A stretch of DNA of 12,383 nt. Source: Candidatus Eiseniibacteriota bacterium. GTDB lineage: Bacteria; Eisenbacteria; RBG-16-71-46; DASYSL01. Shown one piece after another: positions 1-6,111 of the stretch (position 1 is its first letter; the number at the start of each line of letters is the position of its first letter). Made by a program: the position numbers and the translations under genes. Under the pieces are notes generated by a model. It worked only from the letters and a program-made list of their open reading frames with translations, had not been told where the DNA came from and did no database searches. The stretch spans positions 1 to 12,383 of the forward strand of contig JBKJJJ010000017.1 of NCBI GenBank assembly GCA_046598045.1. Direction: 5' to 3'.

Positions 1-3000
1 TTCCGCGAGCAGGCGCTCGGCCTGGTCGAGGGCGGCGTCGACCTCCTCCTGATCGAGACCCAGCAGGACACGCGCAACGTCAAGGCCGCGCTGCTGGGTG
101 TGAACGAGGCCCTCGCCACGCTCGAACGCCGCGTGCCGATCATGGTCTCGGGCACGATCGAAGCCACGGGCACGATGCTCGCGGGCCAGGGCGTGGAGGC
201 GCTCTACGCCTCGATCATGAACGCCGACCTGCTGTCGGTCGGGCTCAACTGCGCGACCGGCCCCGAGTTCATGACCGACCACCTGCGCAGCCTCTCCGCG
301 ATCGCGAAGACGCGCGTCTCCTGCATCCCGAACGCGGGCCTGCCCGACTCCGAGGGCCGCTACCTCGAGACGCCCGAGGGCATCGCGCGCGTGCTCGAGC
401 GCTTCGTCGACTTGGGCTGGGTGAACATCGTCGGCGGCTGCTGCGGCACCACCTACGCGCACACGCGGGCGCTCGCCGCGATGGTCAAGGGCAAGCGCCC
501 GCGCGTGCCGGCGATGCACCACAAGACGCTGCTCTCGGGCATCGAGTTCCTCGAGGTCGCCGACGACAATCGCCCCGTGCTCGTGGGCGAGCGCACGAAC
601 GTGATCGGCTCGCGGCGCTTCAAGCGCCTCGTGGGCGAGGGCCAGTGGGAAGAGGCGAGCGAGATCGGGCGCAAGCAGGTCAAGGGCGGCGCGCAGATCG
701 TGGACGTGTGCCTGGCCGATCCCGATCGCGACGAGATGGCCGACATCCTCACCTTCCTGCCCGAGCTCATCAAGAAGGTCAAGGCCCCGCTGATGATCGA
801 CTCGACCGACGCGGCCGTGATCGAGCGTGCGCTGACCTTTTGCCAGGGCAAGGCGATCATCAACTCGGTCAACCTCGAGGATGGCGAGGAGCGCTTCGAG
901 GCGGTGCTGCCGCTGGCACGCCGGTTCGGCGCGGCCGTCGTGTGCGGCACGATCGACGAGGATCCCGAGCACGGCATGGCCGTCACGCGGCAGAGAAAGC
1001 TCGAAGTCGCGCGCCGTTCCTACGACCTGATGACGAACAAGTTCGGCATCCCGGGCGAGGACATCCTGTGGGATCCGCTGACCTTTCCCTGCGCCACGGG
1101 CGACGAGAAGTACGTCGGCAGCGCGGTCGAGACGATCGAGGGCATCCGCCTGCTCAAGGAGGCGTTCCCGGACACCAAGACCATCCTCGGCATCTCGAAC
1201 GTGTCGTTCGGCCTGCCCGAGGCCGGGCGCGAGGTTCTGAACTCGGTGTTCCTCTATCACTGCACGAAGGCCGGGCTCGACCTCGCGATCGTCAACACCG
1301 AGAAGCTCGAACGCTACGCCTCGATCCCCGAGGAGGACCGCCGCCTCGCCGAGGACCTGCTGTGGAACCGCGGCAGTGACATCATCGCCCGCTTCGCCGC
1401 GCGCTACCGCGAGGCCAAGCCCAAGGCCAAGGCGGACGCGCGAGCGCTCCCGCTCGACGAGCGCCTCGCGCGCGCGATCATCGAGGGCACGAAGGAGGGC
1501 CTGATCGCCGACCTCGAGCTCAAGCGCGCGGACACCTCGCCGCTCGACATCATCAATGGCCCGCTGATGAAGGGCATGGACGAGGTCGGGCGCCTGTTCA
1601 ACGCGAACGAGCTGATCGTCGCCGAGGTGCTGGAGAGCGCCGAGGCGATGAAGGCGGCGGTGAACCACCTCGAGCAGTTCATGGAGAAGGCCGACAGCGC
1701 GTCGCGCGGCAAGGTGATCCTCGCGACCGTCAAGGGCGACGTGCACGACATCGGCAAGAACCTGGTCGACATCGTGCTCTCGAACAACGGCTACACGGTC
1801 GTCAACCTCGGCATCAAGGTGCCGCCCGAGGTCCTGATCGCGGCCGTCAAGGAGCACCGCCCCGACGTCATCGGCCTCTCGGGCCTGCTCGTCAAGTCGG
1901 CGCAGCAGATGGTCGTCACCGCCGGGGATCTCAAGACCGCCGGCATCGACACGCCGATCCTCGTCGGCGGCGCGGCGCTGACCGACAAGTTCACGCGCAC
2001 GCGCATCGCGCCCGCCTACGGCAACCTGGTGGCGTACGCGAAGGACGCGATGAACGGGCTCGACCTCATGCACAGGGTCATGGACCCGGTGCGCCGCGAG
2101 GCGCTGATCACTTTGCTCACGCCCAAGGAGGGCGAGACGCCGGCCGCGATGCCCGGCGGGCCGCCGACGCCCCAGGGCGACGCCGCGCGGCGCGCGACAC
2201 GCTCGCCTTCCGTGCGTACCGACCTCGCGATCCCCGCGGTGCCCGACCTCGAACGCCACGTGCTCGAGTTGCGTTCGCTCGACGAGATCTGGACCTACCT
2301 CAGCCCGCAAATGCTCTACGGCCGCCACCTCGGCCTGCGCGGCAGCTTCGAGAAGCTGCGCGCCGCGGGCGATACGAAGGCGCTCGCGCTCGAGCAGGTG
2401 ATCAAGGACCTGCAGGCGGAGTGCCGCTCGGGCGCGATGCGCGCGCGCGCGGTGTGGCAGTTCTTCGAGGCCGAGGGGGAGGGCAACGAGCTCAGGCTCT
2501 ATGCCGGGCGCGGCGCGACCCAGCCGGCGGCGCGCATCACGTTCCCGCGCCAGGCGCGCGAGCCCAACCTCGCGCTGCCGGATTTCGTGTTGCCCGCGCG
2601 CGGCCACGAGCGCGACCACGTCGCGCTGTTCGTCACCACGGCGGGCGCCGGCGTGCGCGAGTTGACCGAGCAGGCGAAGCAGAAGGGCGAGTACGTGCGC
2701 TCGCATGCGCTCGCCGCGCTCGCGCTCGAGACCGCCGAGGCGAGCGCCGAGTGGCTGCACGCGCGGTTGCGCAATCTGTGGGGCTTCCCCGATCCGCCGG
2801 AGACGACGATGGCCGACCGCCTGCGCGGCCACTACCGCGGCAAGCGCTACTCGTTCGGCTACCCGGCCTGCCCCGAGCTCGCCGACCAGGCGACGCTGTT
2901 CCGACTGCTCCAGCCCGAGGACATCGGCGTGGAACTGACCGAGGGGTTCATGATGGATCCCGAGGCGAGCGTCTCCGCGATGGTCTACCACCACCCCGAC

Positions 3001-3051
3001 GCGATCTACTTCGGCGTGGGCGGGGATGCTCTGGCGGAGACGACGGGCTAG
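1..3051 (+). CDS. metH: Cobalamin-dependent methionine synthase (5' end outside window)
   Basis: The frame is open from base 1 (FREQALGLVEGGVDLLLIETQQD...), so the ORF-track start at 100 is internal. Homocysteine/Zn domain motifs GLNCATGP and GGCCGT; pterin-binding domain start VGERTNVIGS; B12-binding motif KGDVHDIGKN plus SGLL and VGGA; AdoMet activation domain RYSFGYPACP...PEASVSA. Confidence 0.97.
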   Translation, partial: FREQALGLVEGGVDLLLIETQQDTRNVKAALLGVNEALATLERRVPIMVSGTIEATGTMLAGQGVEALYASIMNADLLSVGLNCATGPEFMTDHLRSLSAIAKTRVSCIPNAGLPDSEGRYLETPEGIARVLERFVDLGWVNIVGGCCGTTYAHTRALAAMVKGKRPRVPAMHHKTLLSGIEFLEVADDNRPVLVGERTNVIGSRRFKRLVGEGQWEEASEIGRKQVKGGAQIVDVCLADPDRDEMADILTFLPELIKKVKAPLMIDSTDAAVIERALTFCQGKAIINSVNLEDGEERFEAVLPLARRFGAAVVCGTIDEDPEHGMAVTRQRKLEVARRSYDLMTNKFGIPGEDILWDPLTFPCATGDEKYVGSAVETIEGIRLLKEAFPDTKTILGISNVSFGLPEAGREVLNSVFLYHCTKAGLDLAIVNTEKLERYASIPEEDRRLAEDLLWNRGSDIIARFAARYREAKPKAKADARALPLDERLARAIIEGTKEGLIADLELKRADTSPLDIINGPLMKGMDEVGRLFNANELIVAEVLESAEAMKAAVNHLEQFMEKADSASRGKVILATVKGDVHDIGKNLVDIVLSNNGYTVVNLGIKVPPEVLIAAVKEHRPDVIGLSGLLVKSAQQMVVTAGDLKTAGIDTPILVGGAALTDKFTRTRIAPAYGNLVAYAKDAMNGLDLMHRVMDPVRREALITLLTPKEGETPAAMPGGPPTPQGDAARRATRSPSVRTDLAIPAVPDLERHVLELRSLDEIWTYLSPQMLYGRHLGLRGSFEKLRAAGDTKALALEQVIKDLQAECRSGAMRARAVWQFFEAEGEGNELRLYAGRGATQPAARITFPRQAREPNLALPDFVLPARGHERDHVALFVTTAGAGVRELTEQAKQKGEYVRSHALAALALETAEASAEWLHARLRNLWGFPDPPETTMADRLRGHYRGKRYSFGYPACPELADQATLFRLLQPEDIGVELTEGFMMDPEASVSAMVYHHPDAIYFGVGGDALAETTG

Positions 3052-3057
3052 GAAGCG

Positions 3058-3714
3058 CTAGTTCTTCGCCACCGCGTGCGTGGCCTGCTTCCCCCAGATC
3101 CGGTCGAGCTTCGCGTCGCGTCCGCAGGCCATGCTGTAGGCGTGGTAGTGCAGCCAGTTCTTCTTGTAGAAGTCCTGGTGATACTCCTCGGCGCGGTAGA
3201 ACGGCCCGGCCTTCGCGATCGTGGTCACGATCGGCGCGGACAACGTATGCGCCGCTTCCATCTGCTTCCTCGACGCCTCGGCGAGCGTGCGTTGGCGATC
3301 GTTGCGCCACCAGATCGCCGAGCGATACGAGTCGCCGTGATCGCAGAACTGTCCGTCGGCCTGCATCGGGTCGATCCGGTGCCAGTACAGCGCGAGCACC
3401 CCGCCATACGAAATCCTGCGCGGATCGAAGATCACCTGCACCGTCTCCCGGTGGCCGGTGGTCTCGGTGTTGACGTCCTCGTAGCTGGGATTCACGGTCC
3501 TGCCGCCGCTGTAGCCGGAGGCGACGTCGAGGATCCCCGGGCGCCCCTCGAAGCCATACTCCATGCTCCAGAAGCACCCGCCCGAGAACAGCGCGGTGTC
3601 CGCCGCCGCGGCGCGCATCGCAGGCTTCATGGCCGACGCCGGCGACGCATGGGCGACGGCGGCGGCGAGCAGGATCAGGATCGAACACGTGGAAAAGGCG
3701 AGTCGGGCGCGCAT
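3058..3714 (-). CDS. msrA: Peptide-methionine (S)-sulfoxide reductase with N-terminal signal peptide (probably periplasmic)
   Basis: GGCFW active site, SGYSGG..NPSYEDV, TGHRETVQV, GQFCDHGDSYRSAI, FYRAEEYHQDFY and a C-terminal ACGRD cysteine. The ATG at 3714 is preceded by GGAG and followed by MRARLAF-hydrophobic-AHA. The ORF-track start at 3780 is probably too long. Confidence 0.93.
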   Translation of the reverse strand: MRARLAFSTCSILILLAAAVAHASPASAMKPAMRAAAADTALFSGGCFWSMEYGFEGRPGILDVASGYSGGRTVNPSYEDVNTETTGHRETVQVIFDPRRISYGGVLALYWHRIDPMQADGQFCDHGDSYRSAIWWRNDRQRTLAEASRKQMEAAHTLSAPIVTTIAKAGPFYRAEEYHQDFYKKNWLHYHAYSMACGRDAKLDRIWGKQATHAVAKN

Positions 3715-3778
3715 GCTTCCGCTCCAGGGCAAGGGTGGATCCCGGGCGGCGCATCCGCGGGGCCGGGTCACGACACTC

Positions 3779-3807
3779 ACCTTACGGGCGCAAGCGCGGC
3801 CCGTGAA
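3779..3807 (-). promoter_or_regulatory. Candidate sigma70-type promoter for msrA (TTCACG-N17-TAAGGT)
   Basis: On the minus strand, TTCACG (3807-3802) is separated by exactly 17 nt from TAAGGT (3784-3779), in the intergenic region upstream of msrA. Confidence 0.4.
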
Positions 3808-3840
3808 CCACGGGAGGGTGCAATTGACGAATTCGGGACG

Positions 3841-4797
3841 CTACGGAGTCGCGCCGGGATCGGGCCCCAGTTCGAGCCGGAAGCCGTACTCCGCCTGCTC
3901 GAACGCGCCGGGGAGCGCGGGATCGGGCTCGTCGCTCATCACGTGCACGGCATAGGGTCCGGGGCGCAACGCACTCCCCTCGGGCGCCCGCGCCTCGATG
4001 GCGGGCGGGGCATGCTCGCCAAACAATGCTCTGTGCGCGAGCGCGGCATGCCCGAGCGCGGCTCCCCCGGGACCGGTCACGTCGATGCGCACGCGCGCCG
4101 TGGGGCCGACGCCGAGCAGCGGCGGCACGCGCAGGGACAACTTCGCGGTGCCCACGGGGACACGCACGACCTGGCCTCCGCCCGAGCGCACAGTCCCGCC
4201 GAGCTGGACGATCGGGACGGACGGGCGGGCCGGATTCGGCGGTGGGGCGATCTGGTGGAAGGTCCGGGCGCTGGGCGCTTCTGGCGGCGAAGGCGAGGCG
4301 GAAGCTGTCCGCCGGCCAGGCGGTGGCGACTCGTCGCCGCGGATCCTGCCGGTCGGGCGGTCCCGCAGCACGCCGAGCGCGAGCGCCGCGACGACCGCGG
4401 CCCCGGCCGCGGCGCCGAAGCCCAGCCGCCACCGCAAGCGCGACCGGGACTGCCGGGGAGGCCCGGCGGCCCGCATGCGCGCCGCGAACGCCCGGCTCCC
4501 GGCACAGCGCTCGCACCTCGTCACGTGCTCCTCGATCAGCGCGCGCTCGGCCCCGGGAAGGGCGGCGAGCCGGCCGTCGTCGAGCACGAGCAGCGCGAGC
4601 GGCACGTGACCGGGGCGCTCCTCCTCCTCGCTCGACAACTCACCGAAGGGCTCGAACGCCGCAAGGCAGCTCGCGCATGCCCGCAGGTGCTCGCGGAGTT
4701 CCTGCGTTGTCGCCGCGTTGAGCAAGCCCAGCCGATAGGCCTGGAAACGCGCGTGCACAGCCTTGTGATTTCCGGGAGCGAACGTCGTCTCACTCAT
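3841..4797 (-). CDS. Membrane-anchored zinc-binding anti-sigma factor with two tandem zf-HC2/ZAS domains
   Basis: H11-x25-H37xxxC41xxC44 and H64-x26-H91xxxC95xxC98; Arg-rich stretch, then a TM helix at aa ~125-144 (LGFGAAAGAAVVAALALGVL); Pro-rich linker; C-terminal region that looks beta-rich. The start overlaps the sigma gene stop (ATGAGTGA). Confidence 0.85.
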   Translation of the reverse strand: MSETTFAPGNHKAVHARFQAYRLGLLNAATTQELREHLRACASCLAAFEPFGELSSEEEERPGHVPLALLVLDDGRLAALPGAERALIEEHVTRCERCAGSRAFAARMRAAGPPRQSRSRLRWRLGFGAAAGAAVVAALALGVLRDRPTGRIRGDESPPPGRRTASASPSPPEAPSARTFHQIAPPPNPARPSVPIVQLGGTVRSGGGQVVRVPVGTAKLSLRVPPLLGVGPTARVRIDVTGPGGAALGHAALAHRALFGEHAPPAIEARAPEGSALRPGPYAVHVMSDEPDPALPGAFEQAEYGFRLELGPDPGATP

Positions 4798-5356
4798 CGT
4801 GCGAGCGCTCCCCCAGCATCCAGGCCAGGCCGCGACCCCGCAGGGACTCCGTGAGCGCGTTGCGGCAACGCTCCCATTGCTTGATGACGGTATTCACCCG
4901 CACGTCGCGCGCTTCGGCAAAATCGCGCCACGATCCATCCTGGAAGTAGGCGTGCAGGTGCGGCAGGCAATCGGGGTGGTTCTCGCGGAACCAGGTCTCG
5001 GCGATCGCGGGGAGCGATTCCAGCATGCGCAGCCGGAGAACGCCCTCGGGCCCGGGAGCCGGGTCGGGCGCGTCGTGCTTCGCCGGATCGTGGCCGTCCA
5101 CCAGCCGCGCCCAACGCTTGCGCGCGCGAAACAGGTCCATGGCTTTGCGGTGGGCAATCGTGCGCAAGAGACCCTCCGGGTTGCGCGGCACTTCGGCGCG
5201 CGTGCGTTCGAAGAGATCAGCCAGCGCTTCCTGGACCAGGTCGTCGCGCTCGACGGGGCTCAAGTCATAACGCGCACCCGACAATACTTGCCGCGCGAAC
5301 GCCAGACGCTTGAGCCACTCCGGGCTCTCCAGATCCCAGGGACCGAGATTCCTCAC
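4790..5356 (-). CDS. ECF-type sigma-70 family RNA polymerase sigma factor (divergent)
   Basis: Region 2 signatures ERDDLVQEAL and GLLRTIAHRKAMDLFR; region 4-like HTH SWRDFAEARDVRVNTVIKQWERCRNAL. The GTG at 5356 is preceded by GGGGGGACCGGAGC. Overlaps the downstream ZAS anti-sigma gene by 8 nt. The exact start is uncertain (5398 is an alternative). Confidence 0.85.
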   Translation of the reverse strand: MRNLGPWDLESPEWLKRLAFARQVLSGARYDLSPVERDDLVQEALADLFERTRAEVPRNPEGLLRTIAHRKAMDLFRARKRWARLVDGHDPAKHDAPDPAPGPEGVLRLRMLESLPAIAETWFRENHPDCLPHLHAYFQDGSWRDFAEARDVRVNTVIKQWERCRNALTESLRGRGLAWMLGERSHDE

Positions 5357-5481
5357 GCTCCGGTCCCCCCGGAATGGCGGACGCGCGCAGGACCTCACTG
5401 CACTTCGATCTCATGCATGGGTCGTCGGAACTCCCCTCGAGTGACACAAAAACGGACCCGTCACAGCCGGGGGAGACAAGA

Positions 5482-5511
5482 AGCTTACACGGCATTCGAT
5501 TCCACGGTGAA
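5482..5511 (-). promoter_or_regulatory. Candidate sigma70-type promoter for the ECF/anti-sigma operon (TTCACC-N18-TAAGCT)
   Basis: Minus-strand TTCACC (5511-5506) and TAAGCT (5487-5482) lie in the visibly AT-richer intergenic patch and resemble the candidate upstream of msrA. Confidence 0.3.
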
Positions 5512-5696
5512 TCACAAAAACAACACCGGAATATTTTCGTCACCATCAATGGACCGAAGCGACATGCGTTCGGAGCCGCGAGGTTCCAAACCAAGGGCGG
5601 AGGTGGCTCCGGGCTGCTCGGGGGGAGCGCCCGGACGCCCTTCCGTTCCCGTTTCCAGCCCCGGCCGGGGTGGACCCTCGGCCTCCTGAGGGAGGA

Positions 5697-6017
5697 ATGA
5701 AAAGCCCAACGGCAGCCCGCCCGCATGATGAAGAGACCATTGCCCGAATCCTGAGGGAGAGCCACGCCCCCGGGGCGAACCGGGCCGCGGTGCTCGAAGC
5801 CGCCGGGGTTCCGCTCCGCACCTACCATCGCTGGGTCCGGCGCTTCGGGCGCCTGGACGGCGAGACCATCCGGCACATCGTCCGCCTGGAGAACGACTGC
5901 GCGACCATGGATCGGCGCGTGCGCCAGCTCGAGCGCGAAATGGAATTGTTGCAGGCGGTCGTGGGAAAACCCTGGAGACGGCGGCCGCCCGGCGGGCCGC
6001 CGTCCGTTACGCCATGA
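5697..6017 (+). CDS. IS3-family OrfA-like protein (HTH plus leucine zipper), 106 aa
   Basis: ATG at 5697 after GAGGGAGGA. HDEETIARILRE...GVPLRTYHRWVRRFG...LENDCATMDRRVRQLEREMELLQAVVGK follows the IS3/IS407-group OrfA pattern as I recall it (FTEEQII.IL.E...GIS..TFY.WK.KYG...LE.EN..LK). Confidence 0.8.
   Translation: MKSPTAARPHDEETIARILRESHAPGANRAAVLEAAGVPLRTYHRWVRRFGRLDGETIRHIVRLENDCATMDRRVRQLEREMELLQAVVGKPWRRRPPGGPPSVTP
5963..6004 (+). other. Programmed -1 ribosomal frameshift signal (slippery heptamer plus stimulatory hairpin)
   Basis: G_GGA_AAA at 5963-5969 is correctly phased as X_XXY_YYZ in orfA. A 7-nt spacer follows, then GACGGCGGCC (5977-5986), which pairs perfectly with GGCCGCCGTC (5995-6004). 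Confidence 0.8.
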
Positions 6018-6111
6018 CCCACGCCGGGATCAGCGAGCGCCGTGCCTGCGCCCTCGTCGGCATGACGCGTTCCGTCTATCGCTATCGACCGAACGGACAT
6101 CACAACGGGTC

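Noticed and set aside
3076..4854. 592-aa plus-strand ORF and the other nested alternative-frame ORFs (e.g. 6272-8725, 8996-10909, 2421-3473)
   Set aside because: They fully overlap well-supported genes, are low-complexity and Arg-rich, and contain no motifs.
5200..5260. ECF sigma activated by phosphorylation from the nearby kinase (EcfP/ECF43-like)
   Set aside because: Those sigmas replace the acidic DAED motif of region 2.2 with a Ser/Thr-containing one. This protein keeps acidic ERDD and has a cognate anti-sigma.
5684..5759. 11-bp direct repeat TCCTGAGGGAG (5684-5694 and 5749-5759)
   Set aside because: It is real in the sequence, but one copy is the RBS region and the other lies within orfA coding sequence. 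It does not flank anything as a target-site duplication would, and no function can be supported.
5265..5876. Minus- and plus-strand ORFs crossing the sigma-orfA intergenic region (5265-5876, 5374-5700, 5512-5709, 4799-5689)
   Set aside because: No recognisable domains; they conflict with the sigma or orfA genes, and the region looks regulatory.
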